A DNA stretch of 63,042 nt, the filler included. It is 4 parts of 4 records of this genome, joined end to end, with 100 filler letters (N's around TTAATTAATTAA, not from the genome) between each part and the next. Parts side by side here need not be neighbours in the genome. Positions count along the whole stretch, not along the records: positions 1 to 26,806 come from SRR20825019_876; 3 more parts are not named here. One strand, given 5' to 3'. A program made the position numbers and the translations under genes. Shown here one piece after another: positions 10,027 through 20,360 of this stretch. The notes under the pieces were generated by a model. It had not been told where the DNA came from, did no database searches, and was given only the letters and a program-made list of their open reading frames with translations. Numbering within the stretch: the stretch's first letter is position 1; every line of letters starts with the position of its first letter.

Positions 10027-12159
10027 TTATTTCACTACAAATCTTAAAACAGTATTGTAGTCATCAAATTTCAAAATATAAACACCTAAAGAAAGATCGT
10101 TAATATTGATGCTATTTTTGTTTGCATCAACAATTTGTTCTTTCACTTTTTGACCTAATAAATTGTATACAGCAACATTATATTGCTGTGTTAGGTTTGA
10201 TAATGAGATAAAATCATCTGCTGGGTTTGGATAAATAGCAACATTATATAATGCTTCATTATCGTTTACTCCTGCAGTTACACATGGGCCAGGTGCTGTT
10301 CCTGCGTTAGTTTCAACCATTGTACAAGCGCCTTCAGCAGAGAAGGTTGATGTAATATTAATTGCGCCACCATCAGCTGGTAAAACTACGCCCACAAATG
10401 TATGTGGAGAAGTTAATCCTGCTACAGGAACTGAAGCTGTTCCATCACCCGTTAAATCTAATGTTCCAGTTGCTGGAGGGTTTACAAAAGTTACCGTAAT
10501 GTCTGCTGTAAAATAATCATCACTACCGTCTCCAGGAGTACCATTATCATTACATGGAGAAATATTTGAGGTTTCTATTGCAGAAATATCGCAGGCAGTT
10601 GGATCGCAAATATAAACTGGCAATATATACCCTCTAGCTTCAAATCTATCTGTAAATGCCTCAATTTCAGAACATGTATACCCCATATCTATAGCAGCTT
10701 GCCTTACAGCAATTGCAGCGTTTTGTTGGTTTGTACTACTATTTGTCATTGCTAAACCTTCCCACACTGCAGCATCCATTTTTTCTCTTCCAATAATTTC
10801 CCATATTTCAAGAAGTACAGTTGCCCATATTTGACCATCTGTATGAATGGAGCCTGTAAGCCCACCTGGGTACATTGCACCATAATTAGTGGTTCTTCCT
10901 CCCCAAAATGGGTTGTGTCCGTCCCAACCAAATACCCAAAAGTATTGGTTATCTGTGTTGTTCCAAAAACCTAAGCTTCTCTTGTATGAGTTTGCCCAAT
11001 AATCTCCAGTTCCTTCGCTCAAACCATTCACTTGGCTAAGGTTTCCGTTAGTAACAAAATCATGAAGTCCATGACCCAATTCATGAAGAATTACATCCAT
11101 ATCTTCTCCATCATCTACACCGCCTTCACCAAACTGAAGGCTTCCTGCGCTGTAAAAAGAATTATCTGCCCCGTTGGCACCATGTGGATCAAAACGAACA
11201 ACCCCACCATTATATATTGAAACAAGTGGTATGCCTAAATCATCGTTTATATAACGAAAACTTTTATCGATATGATGGTAACAGTTTGCAGCTTCAAAGC
11301 CTTGCTCGTCTCTTGTAAAATCAAAGTCAGATGAAGTTTGAAGAAACAACCCAGTTGAAGGAGAACCTAATTCTGCTATTTCAGTGTAGGCACCTCTTAA
11401 TCTATAATTTGTACCGTCAAATTCAATGTCTACTAGATTTACTAATGTTCTTGCTGCGTTTAAATCTGCATTGGTCTGATCATTATTATCTACATAAGTT
11501 CCACCATAAGTGCTTCCTGTTTTTGTTAATGGGTCTGGATCAAAAACCATGGCTGTACCGGTTGCTTTTGACAGTGGGCCAACTGGATTTTTTGTGTCTT
11601 TTGGGTTTTTCACATCTCCCGTAGTTTTTTCGTAAATAGCAATATCTTTTGTGCTTAAAACGGCTCCCGATTTAGCATCGATAATTGTTTCCCAATTTCC
11701 CATTAGGAACTCAGACATTGTAGTTACTCTATAAACCAATCTATTAGCTCCTAATTTATTATAAACATAGAGTTTTACTTCTTTTTGTGAAATATAACCT
11801 TCAATATTTAAAGCATTAATTGCTGCATTTAAAGCTTCGTTCTCAGAAATGGAAGGGTTTGTATCAATGGTTTCAATTGCATTGTTATAGGTGCTAGATG
11901 TATAGGTTACTTGATTGCTATTTGAAACATGTACTGCTACTGAAGAGTCAAAAACCTCTACCCCATTTACAGTATGATAATATCGAAATGTCTCACCAGA
12001 AGGCCCAGCGTGGCTAAATGTCATTTCAAAGCTTTGGTTTGTTTTGCTAATGGGCATATTGGCGTCCATCCATGCTTGCGCAACACTTTCTTTACTTGTT
12101 TGGGCAAAGAAAAGCTGTGTAAAGCCTAATAATAGCGAAGTGAATAATAGTCTTTTCAT
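10027..12159 (-). CDS. T9SS-secreted gluzincin metallopeptidase (M4/M36-like) with FTP/PepSY propeptide
   Basis: HELGH plus downstream LSEGTGD third ligand; propeptide IDAKSG; C-terminal IYPNPA...GVYILK type A CTD. Confidence 0.85.
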   Translation of the reverse strand: MKRLLFTSLLLGFTQLFFAQTSKESVAQAWMDANMPISKTNQSFEMTFSHAGPSGETFRYYHTVNGVEVFDSSVAVHVSNSNQVTYTSSTYNNAIETIDTNPSISENEALNAAINALNIEGYISQKEVKLYVYNKLGANRLVYRVTTMSEFLMGNWETIIDAKSGAVLSTKDIAIYEKTTGDVKNPKDTKNPVGPLSKATGTAMVFDPDPLTKTGSTYGGTYVDNNDQTNADLNAARTLVNLVDIEFDGTNYRLRGAYTEIAELGSPSTGLFLQTSSDFDFTRDEQGFEAANCYHHIDKSFRYINDDLGIPLVSIYNGGVVRFDPHGANGADNSFYSAGSLQFGEGGVDDGEDMDVILHELGHGLHDFVTNGNLSQVNGLSEGTGDYWANSYKRSLGFWNNTDNQYFWVFGWDGHNPFWGGRTTNYGAMYPGGLTGSIHTDGQIWATVLLEIWEIIGREKMDAAVWEGLAMTNSSTNQQNAAIAVRQAAIDMGYTCSEIEAFTDRFEARGYILPVYICDPTACDISAIETSNISPCNDNGTPGDGSDDYFTADITVTFVNPPATGTLDLTGDGTASVPVAGLTSPHTFVGVVLPADGGAINITSTFSAEGACTMVETNAGTAPGPCVTAGVNDNEALYNVAIYPNPADDFISLSNLTQQYNVAVYNLLGQKVKEQIVDANKNSININDLSLGVYILKFDDYNTVLRFVVK

Positions 12160-12277
12160 GAAAAATTGGTTTATAGTTTGTAATTTGATTGCTAAATGTA
12201 TGAGTTATCTGCTATAAAACAAAAAAAACTAATTATAAAAATCAGAAAATGAGCTTATTTGAACTTACGCTTTAAAA

Positions 12278-12315
12278 TAAAAAAAGGAAACTCCATTTCT
12301 GAAATTTCCTTTTTT
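12278..12315 (-). terminator. Probable lysS terminator
   Basis: AAAAAGGAAA...TTTCCTTTTT inverted repeat downstream of the lysS stop. Confidence 0.6.
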
Positions 12316-12335
12316 TATTTTAAAAGTTATTTTTT

Positions 12336-14027
12336 TTAAATAATGGAAACCATCAAGCTTTCGTCCGTTTTATCAACTTTGGCAACCTTTGACGCTGTAA
12401 GCCCTTTTATTGTTTTATCCCATTTTTTATTACTTAGACCACTTTGAGTTTTTAATTCTTCCAAAGAAACAGGTGAATTTGCTTTTAATAGCGCGTAAAC
12501 CGTTTTTTCGTCTTCGGTCATTTCAACTTTTTTCTTTTCGGGTCGCATTTGTGGGAAGAAAAGTACTTCTTGGATGGATGCGTTGTTGGTTAAGAACATA
12601 ATTAATCGATCCATACCGATACCCATTCCGCTGGTTGGAGGCATTCCGTATTCCAAAGCACGTAAAAAATCGAAATCTATAAATGCAGTTGCTTCATCAT
12701 CGCCTCTATCTGCAAGTTTTAATTGGGCTTCAAAACGCTCTCTTTGATCTATAGGGTCGTTTAATTCACTATAAGCATTTGCTATTTCTTTCCCGCAAAC
12801 CATTAATTCAAAACGTTCGGTAAGCTCCGGATTTTCACGATGTTCTTTACAAAGCGGACTCATTTCCTTTGGATAGTCTGTAATAAAAGTTGGCTGAATA
12901 AAATTGCCTTCGCACTTTTCACCAAAAATTTCATCAATCAGTTTTCCTTTCCCCATCGTATCATCTACGGCAATATTCATTTTTTCAGCAGCTTCACGAA
13001 TTTCATCTTCTGTTTTTCCTGTTATATCAAAACCTGTGAATTTCTGAATTGCTTCCGCCATCGTCACTCTTGGATATGGCGCTTTAAAGTCTATTTTATG
13101 CTTTCCGAATGTAGTTTCTGTGGTTCCATTTACTTCCATAGCACAGAATTCTAACAATTGCTCGCAGAAATCCATCATCCAATTATAATCTTTATAGGAA
13201 ACATAAATTTCCATTGCAGTAAATTCTGGGTTGTGCGTACGATCCATCCCTTCATTTCGGAAGTTTTTAGAGAATTCATACACCCCATCAAAACCACCAA
13301 CAATCAACCTTTTTAGGTATAATTCATTTGCAATTCGCATATATAATGGAATATCCAAAGAATTGTGATGTGTTATAAAAGGTCGCGCTGCAGCACCCCC
13401 TGGAATAGGCTGTAAAACAGGCGTCTCAACTTCAAAATAACCGCGATCGTTAAAAAAACTACGCATGGCATTATAAAGTTTTGTACGTTTTACAAATATT
13501 TCTTTCACGTGTGGATTTACCACTAAATCTGCGTAACGCTGACGATACCGCTGTTCTGGATCCGTAAACGCATCGTGCACTTTTCCTTCGGCATCAACAC
13601 GTGGTTGTGGCAAAGGTTTTAACGCTTTACTTAAAAGGGTGAATTTTTTTACCATAATGGTTTTTTCACCTACTTGCGTATTAAAAAGTTCGCCTTCAAT
13701 ACCAATAAAATCACCTATATCAAGTAATTTTTTATAAACTTCGTTGTAATAACTTTTGTCCTCCCCAGAGCATATTTCATCACGATTAAAATAAACCTGA
13801 ATACGCCCGTCAGCATCCTGAAGCTCTGCAAATGAAGCTGGACCTTGAATTCTGCGCGACATAAGTCTTCCTGCAACAACAACTTTTTTTCCTTCTTCAA
13901 AATTGTTTTTTATCTTTTTTGAAGTAGTGTCTACAGGATATAAATCTGCGGGATATGGATTAATGCCCAAATTGCGCAGTTGGTTTAATTTTTCTCTTCG
14001 GATAATTTCCAGTTCAGAAAGTTGCAT
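12336..14027 (-). CDS. lysS: Lysine--tRNA ligase (class II) with C-terminal extension
   Basis: RYRQRY, EVETP, GGAAARPF, FRNEG..HNPEFT, YGMPPTSGMGIGMDRL. Confidence 0.98.
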   Translation of the reverse strand: MQLSELEIIRREKLNQLRNLGINPYPADLYPVDTTSKKIKNNFEEGKKVVVAGRLMSRRIQGPASFAELQDADGRIQVYFNRDEICSGEDKSYYNEVYKKLLDIGDFIGIEGELFNTQVGEKTIMVKKFTLLSKALKPLPQPRVDAEGKVHDAFTDPEQRYRQRYADLVVNPHVKEIFVKRTKLYNAMRSFFNDRGYFEVETPVLQPIPGGAAARPFITHHNSLDIPLYMRIANELYLKRLIVGGFDGVYEFSKNFRNEGMDRTHNPEFTAMEIYVSYKDYNWMMDFCEQLLEFCAMEVNGTTETTFGKHKIDFKAPYPRVTMAEAIQKFTGFDITGKTEDEIREAAEKMNIAVDDTMGKGKLIDEIFGEKCEGNFIQPTFITDYPKEMSPLCKEHRENPELTERFELMVCGKEIANAYSELNDPIDQRERFEAQLKLADRGDDEATAFIDFDFLRALEYGMPPTSGMGIGMDRLIMFLTNNASIQEVLFFPQMRPEKKKVEMTEDEKTVYALLKANSPVSLEELKTQSGLSNKKWDKTIKGLTASKVAKVDKTDESLMVSII

Positions 14028-14051
14028 AGATTAAGTATAAAAATAAGTTTG

Positions 14052-14059
14052 CAAAGATA
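14052..14059 (-). promoter_or_regulatory. Bacteroidota -7 promoter element (TATCTTTG)
   Basis: TAnnTTTG 25 nt upstream of lysS. Confidence 0.65.
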
Positions 14060-14190
14060 GGGAAATGAAGTGCTAAATGCGAAAAGACTGGATTAGAAAA
14101 AAGAATAAAGTAAATAGCCCTTCGTCAAAAAATATTTACTACAGAATAAAGAGTTTGAAATTGAATAATCAAACCCAAAAATCAATTATT

Positions 14191-15090
14191 TTAGTCATTA
14201 ATTTTCTCGAGAGTAGATTCAATTGAAACTTTCACCCTTTTATTATCTGGTTTTAGTGCAAGTGCTTTATTATAATTTTCTAAGGCTTTGTCGAATTGAT
14301 TTAAATCATAAAATTTATTTGCTAAATTTTCAAAAACATAGGCTTCTTTAGGAAATAAAAGTGTGTTTAAAGCAGCAACAGCAATTGCTTCTTCCTTTCT
14401 GTCGGAATAAAATAATACGCTAGAATAAGTATTCAATTCACCCAAACTCTTGGCTTCTTCCTTAAGTTGTGGCATTAGTTTTTTTATTTTTTTCTGAAAC
14501 TTTTGTAATCCCATTTCATTTATAGCATCATTTACAATTGTTACCGCATTGTAATTTGGCGTGTAGGCTTTATTTTGAATAATCTGCACTATATCATCTT
14601 CAAAAGTATTTACGGGATGTTCAACAATTCGGTTAACTTCTTGTCCATTTTTATAAAAAATAAATGTTGGCACACGGTGAATGTTTAGCCCTTCTTGTTC
14701 GCCGCCGGGACTTTGTTTGTAGAAATTTCGATCAGAATCGACCGCAATAACTGTAAGACGTTCCAATGGAAAATTTGCTTCATCCAATACTTTATAAAAT
14801 ACAGGTAGTTCTTTTTTGCTATCTCCACACCAAGAACCAAAAAATGCTGTAATTGTATATTGAGGAAGCAGTTTTTCTATTTCTGAAATTTTCTCTTTAT
14901 TTGGTTGATAGGCTTCATAGTTGGATAAAAACCATTCTGAATAAGTGTTTGTTGAAAGCGCTTGTTTGTTTATTTTCCCCAATAACATTGGGCTTTTACC
15001 TTCTTGAAGAATTTCATTATTAAAAGGCTGCGCATAAGTTGTAATAATCGCAATAAAAAAAGCGAAGGATAGTAGGATTAAATTTTTCAT
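14191..15090 (-). CDS. Secreted thioredoxin-fold (WCGDS) protein with C-terminal TPR
   Basis: GSWCGDS, RVPTFIFY..NRIVE cis-Pro loop; TPR ENLANKFY..ALENYNKALALKP. Confidence 0.8.
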   Translation of the reverse strand: MKNLILLSFAFFIAIITTYAQPFNNEILQEGKSPMLLGKINKQALSTNTYSEWFLSNYEAYQPNKEKISEIEKLLPQYTITAFFGSWCGDSKKELPVFYKVLDEANFPLERLTVIAVDSDRNFYKQSPGGEQEGLNIHRVPTFIFYKNGQEVNRIVEHPVNTFEDDIVQIIQNKAYTPNYNAVTIVNDAINEMGLQKFQKKIKKLMPQLKEEAKSLGELNTYSSVLFYSDRKEEAIAVAALNTLLFPKEAYVFENLANKFYDLNQFDKALENYNKALALKPDNKRVKVSIESTLEKIND

Positions 15091-15186
15091 GGTGTTGGTT
15101 TTAAAATTAACAGCACGAAGATTTTAAAAAATGATAAGAAAGCTAAAAATGAAAGGTTTGAAAAAGGGACTAGACCCCCGTTGAAT

Positions 15187-16242
15187 TTAATTTGAATATA
15201 GGTTTTTCACTTCCTCACGCGAGTTTACATTTAGTTTTTTGTAAAGATTATTTATGTGCGACTTTACAGTACTTAAACTTACAAACATCAAAGAAGCTAT
15301 TTCTTTGTTGCTTTTATTTTCAAGAATAAGTCCTAAAACTTTCTTTTCTTGATTAGAAAGCGTTTCTTTTGAAGCCACAAAAGTGTTTGTTTTTTTTAAT
15401 TTCCAATACAAAAAGAAATTTCCTAAAATTGATATTCCAGCAATTGCGCCAAGCAGGTAAAACCACCATGGAAATCTATCAGGTTTAATTGCTGCTACCA
15501 AATATTTATCTGAAGCAAGTTCTGCTTTATATTGCTCTGTATATTTACTGTTTGGGTATTTTTCAGTGAGACGTTTAAGCAACTCGTCGTAATATGTATT
15601 TGTTTTTAAGTCTTCCAAATAATAGGAATGTAGCGGCTGCGCCCTATCTGAAAAAAAAGTATAGCTATAAAGTTCCGCCAAAGGCTCTTGCAATTGCTCG
15701 CCATATTGTTGTAAAATACTAAACCATTTTTTTGAATTAACCCGTCGGTTTGCTTCACTACGGTAGGTGCCAAATGCAAAACGCATATCGTGCTTTAAGG
15801 AGTCTAACTTTAAAAAAGCATTTGCTCTTTCATTTTTGGAAACTACACGACAAAACATTTCTTCATCAAAAGAAAAAGGAAGTGACAAGGTGTTATAATT
15901 ATTTGCAATAAAAATAATTTCTTTACTATTTGCACAATGCCCAGTAAAATGAGTGGTATTTTGGTCGTTTTCACTACATAAATCTACATGGATTCTATAA
16001 ATTCTGTTTTCCAAAGGCAAATTATCGCCTGAAAAAGAAAAGAAACCTGTTGAATCGGGAATGGTTTTATTAAGGATTTGCTCTGGATATACACCCGAGA
16101 TTTTTCTGTAATCATCAACTGCTGAAAGATAAACGGTGCCTTTTGTTGATTCCGCATCTACATATCCTGAAAACTGATATTGCGCTTCGCAAACCGTGAT
16201 TGCAAAAAAGAAAAAAAGTGGGATAATTTTTTTAATGTCCAT
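15187..16242 (-). CDS. Membrane-anchored LuxR-type one-component regulator
   Basis: Signal peptide, extracytoplasmic domain, TM (WWFYLLGAIAGISILGNFFLYW), C-terminal LSNQE..SNKEIA..VSLSTVKSHINNLYKKL. Confidence 0.85.
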   Translation of the reverse strand: MDIKKIIPLFFFFAITVCEAQYQFSGYVDAESTKGTVYLSAVDDYRKISGVYPEQILNKTIPDSTGFFSFSGDNLPLENRIYRIHVDLCSENDQNTTHFTGHCANSKEIIFIANNYNTLSLPFSFDEEMFCRVVSKNERANAFLKLDSLKHDMRFAFGTYRSEANRRVNSKKWFSILQQYGEQLQEPLAELYSYTFFSDRAQPLHSYYLEDLKTNTYYDELLKRLTEKYPNSKYTEQYKAELASDKYLVAAIKPDRFPWWFYLLGAIAGISILGNFFLYWKLKKTNTFVASKETLSNQEKKVLGLILENKSNKEIASLMFVSLSTVKSHINNLYKKLNVNSREEVKNLYSN

Positions 16243-16340
16243 AATGCAAATAAACGACTAAGGTATTAAACCTTATTCTTGTAACAAAAGGAAAATTGAT
16301 TTGACCTATAGCTAAGTTATTAATCGTAAATTTGTTTTTA

Positions 16341-16499
16341 ATGAGTATCTGGAGAGTCCTTTTAGCAATTATTTTTCCACCGCTTGCTGTTATTGGTAAG
16401 GGTTGTGGCTCTATACTAATCGTTTTTATTCTTACTATTTGTGGTTGGATTCCTGGAGTAATTGCCGCATTAATCATTTTAAACAATCCTAAAAATTAA
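16341..16499 (+). CDS. YqaE/Pmp3 family small membrane protein (52 aa; missing from the ORF track)
   Basis: MSIWRVLLAIIFPPLAV...ILTICGWIPGVIAALII: the PPLAV and G(W)IPG motifs are diagnostic. Confidence 0.9.
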   Translation: MSIWRVLLAIIFPPLAVIGKGCGSILIVFILTICGWIPGVIAALIILNNPKN

Positions 16500-16505
16500 A
16501 CCTAA

Positions 16506-17234
16506 ATGAAAAAAATATTAATTCTAGTGGCAGTAGCCATAGTAACTATAGGTTGTCAGTTTAATGAAACCATGGTGATGAACGAAGATGGCACTGGGGT
16601 GATAAGTGTAGAAGCAAATTTAAGTGAAATGATGGCTTTTGGTGGCTCCACATTTATTGATTCTTCAACGGTAAAAATGGATACAATTATACGTATGAAA
16701 CATTTTTTGGAAGAAAAAAAAGACAGTATTTCCAAGCTTTCTATGAGTGAACAAAAAAAATTAAAAAAACTTGAAAACTTCAATTTTCATATGGTTATGA
16801 ATTCAGAAACTTCAGAGTTGGTTTATAAAATAACTACAGACTTCACGGATGTTAATGAAGCAAATGATATTATGAATGGTTTGGAACAATCTGCAAATTT
16901 AATGCCCAATAAAGACTCTAAAGACTCCAAAAAAGATTCCCCAGAAGTTGTTGGAGTTGCGTATTCCTATAAAGATAATGTTTTTAAACGCGATGCTTTT
17001 ATTAAGGACGAAAAAGAGCATCAGCAACAAGTAGATAGTTTAAAAAAGACTGAAATGTTTATGGGTGGTTCCAATTATACATTGAATTATACTTTTCCGA
17101 GGAAAATAAAAAAAACATCAAATCCGCAAGCTACTTTTTCGGAAGACAGAAAAACTATTATCTTACAGAAACCATTTATTGAATATTTTAAAAATCCAGA
17201 TGTACTGGATTTGGAAGTAGAATTAGAAGATTAA
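16506..17234 (+). CDS. Hypothetical lipoprotein
   Basis: 242 aa; lipobox TIGC. Confidence 0.7.
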   Translation: MKKILILVAVAIVTIGCQFNETMVMNEDGTGVISVEANLSEMMAFGGSTFIDSSTVKMDTIIRMKHFLEEKKDSISKLSMSEQKKLKKLENFNFHMVMNSETSELVYKITTDFTDVNEANDIMNGLEQSANLMPNKDSKDSKKDSPEVVGVAYSYKDNVFKRDAFIKDEKEHQQQVDSLKKTEMFMGGSNYTLNYTFPRKIKKTSNPQATFSEDRKTIILQKPFIEYFKNPDVLDLEVELED

Positions 17235-17293
17235 TTCAATTATACATCTAAAATTCTACTAATTACAATTCATTAATTAAAAATTTATAGATC

Positions 17294-17827
17294 ATGAAAG
17301 CATTATTTATTTTAGTTTCTTTATTTATGGTAAATGCCTGTAAAACACAAACAGGAACTGTAATAGGGACCAACAACACAAACATGGAACAAATAAAAAA
17401 CAAAGCTACTGGCTGTCCAGAGGAAGGAACTTGCAGTGTAGTTGCACATAAAAACCAGCGTTTGGCTATTAAAGATGATGGCACCGGGGCTTTATATCCA
17501 GAAATGACAGCTGGCAATAATATAATTGTGGAGTTTACTTATGCTGTAAAGGGCCCAGAAGGTACTGCAGATGGTAATTATTCTGAAACTATTCATTTTG
17601 AAATCCCTTCAAATACGGAGCGATTGAGCAAGGAGAACGCTACTCTTGCAGATGTTAATTTACTTTTTGGAAGACATTGTTTTTGTAGAGATGGAGGTTA
17701 TTTCCCTGTAACTGATGGAAAGCTTATGGTTGAAAAAACGGACAAGGCAATCATTTTTGACCTACAATTTAAAACTGATAAAACAACTCAGACTATTTCA
17801 CATATTACTAAAACTATAAAACTTTAG
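17294..17827 (+). CDS. Hypothetical lipoprotein
   Basis: 177 aa; lipobox VNAC; paired Cys (CPEEGTC, HCFC). Confidence 0.7.
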   Translation: MKALFILVSLFMVNACKTQTGTVIGTNNTNMEQIKNKATGCPEEGTCSVVAHKNQRLAIKDDGTGALYPEMTAGNNIIVEFTYAVKGPEGTADGNYSETIHFEIPSNTERLSKENATLADVNLLFGRHCFCRDGGYFPVTDGKLMVEKTDKAIIFDLQFKTDKTTQTISHITKTIKL

Positions 17828-17878
17828 TTGTTTCGAAGAGAATAACTTTTACTTTTCTACACACAAGTTTAAAAAAAC

Positions 17879-17912
17879 AAAAGAGGCGTTCAATTAACTT
17901 GAACGCCTCTTT
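17879..17912. terminator. Bidirectional intrinsic terminator
   Basis: AAAGAGGCGTTCAA-TTAAC-TTGAACGCCTCTTT perfect stem between convergent genes. Confidence 0.85.
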
Positions 17913-17934
17913 CAATATTTATATTTAAACTAGA

Positions 17935-20181
17935 TTAGTTTTTAATAACTTTCTTAGTTGTTACTTTATTTCCGTTTTTAACAACAAGGAAGTACATTCC
18001 GCTTTCAACATAACCGTAGTCAAGTTGTTTGTTAAAAGTGCTTGATGCTGTAACATCATTAAAAGTAAATTGGTTGATTGCTCTACCTCTTAAGTCATAC
18101 AAAGAAACTTCAATATTATCATTTGAAGCTGGTTTAAATGAAAGGTTGAAAGTTCCATTTGAAGGGTTTGGATACACTGTAAAGTTTTCAAAAGTAAACT
18201 CACCAACACTAACAACACCATCAACAGTAATCACTGCGTCGTTAAGGTCATAGAAAATATTGTTTGATGACTTAACCATTAATCTACCAGTTGTAGTATT
18301 AAGGTTTGGTACGTTTACAACAGCATTCCCATTGTTTGGCACGTTTACAGCAACCATAACTGGGTATGTTAATCCACCATCAGTAGAGAACATAATATCT
18401 ACATTTGGGCTATTTACTGGAGCAGCATCTGTTCCTGCTACATCCCAAGTTACCGTTGCTGTAGATTGTGTAGTCCAAGTTGTAGCAGTTGTTTGTGAAG
18501 TTACTACGAAAGGACCAGCGGTTCCATCAACTGTAACAAACATATTATCACTTGCTGTAGCTCCTCCTGCCAGTGCGTTATCACGAACTGTATATCTAAA
18601 GCGTAATGACCTTCCTACAGTTGGCACCACTTCCCAAGTGCTCTGTGTTTGGTTATTTAATACCGTAGCTATAGCTGGCATATATCTTTCTGGATCTGGT
18701 AATGGATCAATTGATCTAAATAAAGGCCCAAAAACAGAAGTACTTTGTGGCGGCATTGAACCGATTTGGTTGTCCATTTGCTCCCAACAGTGTGAAAGCA
18801 CATTACCAGCATCTGGATCTGTTGCAGTACCTTTCAAAATAAAAGGAGTTCCCTTAGGAATTACAACATCTGGTCCAGCATCTGCCGTTGGAGGTAAGTT
18901 TCCTGTAGCTGTTTGTACAGCACATTGGCCACTACCACTTTTAACATTAGACCACATTTGCTGAATACTAATTGCAGTAAAGTAATCATCACTACGTGAC
19001 TGAACGTTTGGAGAACAAATTCCTGCATACGCCATAATCGTAGATCCACTTCCAGGTTCCATTGCAGTTGAATCAGTTCTGTTACCACCGCAAGAATTGT
19101 TAAAAGTATGTGTTGCACCAAATTGGTGACCGATTTCGTGAGCTACGTAATCAATATCATAAAAATCACCTACTGGGCTATTTGTTCCCGTAACCCCTCT
19201 AGCCTTAGAAGATGTACAAGGAACTCTTAATTGAGCTAAACCACCTGCACCAGTACTAAAAGTATGACCTATATCATAATTAGCTGAACCAATTTCTGCA
19301 TCAATAACTGTTTGGCTTTGGTTAATTAATGTATTGGCATTGTTGTTTGTAAAAGGGTCAGTAGCGCTATTAAGGAAAATAATATCTTCCTGATTTGCAA
19401 CTAAAACCATAGTTACAGCAAGGTCTCTTTCATAAACACCGTTTACACGCGTCATGGTAGTATTCATTGCTTCAAGAACAGCAGCCTTCTTAACAGCATC
19501 TGTTGCTGTTGTTGGTACCCCCTGACGGTTTAAGTGAAATAAAGCATACTCACCTGTACAAGCAACAGCAGCTCTAAATGTTCTTAACATACCATCATTA
19601 GCATTTTTATTTTCAGATAAAATTACTGGAGCACCATCATCTTCAGTTAAACATTCAAATCCGTTTGGATCAGATGGCAATGAACTGATGTTATAGCTAA
19701 TATAATAGTTTTTGTCCTGGGTATAAGGATCAATATAAACTGTTGAAAATTTAGGAGAAGAAATCATTGCATTCAACCCTATGCTTGAAACACTAAAACG
19801 CGCAATTGCTGAAGGATCATCAATACCTTGTGCAACATATGAACGAATGTTTGGGTGTTTAGCTTGTAAAGCAGTTTCCATTACAGAAGCTTCAAAAACT
19901 TGAAATTTTTGAATTTCACCATTATTAGTAGGCAAGTCAACAACAACATTGCTTTTTCCTGCATTTCTAGCAGGAGCATCAACTAAAAGAGTTGTAAGAG
20001 CAGAACTATTTAGCTCAAACAGGTTATATTCCTGTGGCATAGTATTTCTATCAGCTTTCTGTCTGTTTTGCGTTTCTAGGTTCGAAGCTTTCGTCCATAA
20101 CGCATTTGTCTGTGCATTTATCCCAAAGCAAAAGAGCGTAAAGGACAAAACCAGCATTTGTTTTAAAGTACTTTTTTTCAT
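17935..20181 (-). CDS. T9SS-secreted metzincin (M12B/reprolysin-like) zinc peptidase
   Basis: HEIGHQFGATH, Met-turn STIMAY, long propeptide, C-terminal VYPNPS..YDLRGR..GMYFL CTD. Confidence 0.9.
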   Translation of the reverse strand: MKKSTLKQMLVLSFTLFCFGINAQTNALWTKASNLETQNRQKADRNTMPQEYNLFELNSSALTTLLVDAPARNAGKSNVVVDLPTNNGEIQKFQVFEASVMETALQAKHPNIRSYVAQGIDDPSAIARFSVSSIGLNAMISSPKFSTVYIDPYTQDKNYYISYNISSLPSDPNGFECLTEDDGAPVILSENKNANDGMLRTFRAAVACTGEYALFHLNRQGVPTTATDAVKKAAVLEAMNTTMTRVNGVYERDLAVTMVLVANQEDIIFLNSATDPFTNNNANTLINQSQTVIDAEIGSANYDIGHTFSTGAGGLAQLRVPCTSSKARGVTGTNSPVGDFYDIDYVAHEIGHQFGATHTFNNSCGGNRTDSTAMEPGSGSTIMAYAGICSPNVQSRSDDYFTAISIQQMWSNVKSGSGQCAVQTATGNLPPTADAGPDVVIPKGTPFILKGTATDPDAGNVLSHCWEQMDNQIGSMPPQSTSVFGPLFRSIDPLPDPERYMPAIATVLNNQTQSTWEVVPTVGRSLRFRYTVRDNALAGGATASDNMFVTVDGTAGPFVVTSQTTATTWTTQSTATVTWDVAGTDAAPVNSPNVDIMFSTDGGLTYPVMVAVNVPNNGNAVVNVPNLNTTTGRLMVKSSNNIFYDLNDAVITVDGVVSVGEFTFENFTVYPNPSNGTFNLSFKPASNDNIEVSLYDLRGRAINQFTFNDVTASSTFNKQLDYGYVESGMYFLVVKNGNKVTTKKVIKN

Positions 20182-20360
20182 TGTAGTCGTAATTATTATG
20201 AATGTTTAGAGGCGTAAATATAACACCCTTTAAGCAATTTAAGGAATAATTAAGAAACTAACTTTGTGTTTTATGGCAAAAATTCACAAAATTCAAGAAA
20301 ATGAATACTGAAATATAATTTATTGATAGTTTTACCCTCAATTTTAAAAAAACCAACACA

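Noticed and set aside
16232..16486. 84-aa minus-strand ORF
   Set aside because: Antisense shadow of the YqaE/Pmp3 gene at 16341-16499
18260..18964. 234-aa plus-strand ORF
   Set aside because: Antisense shadow of the M12 peptidase
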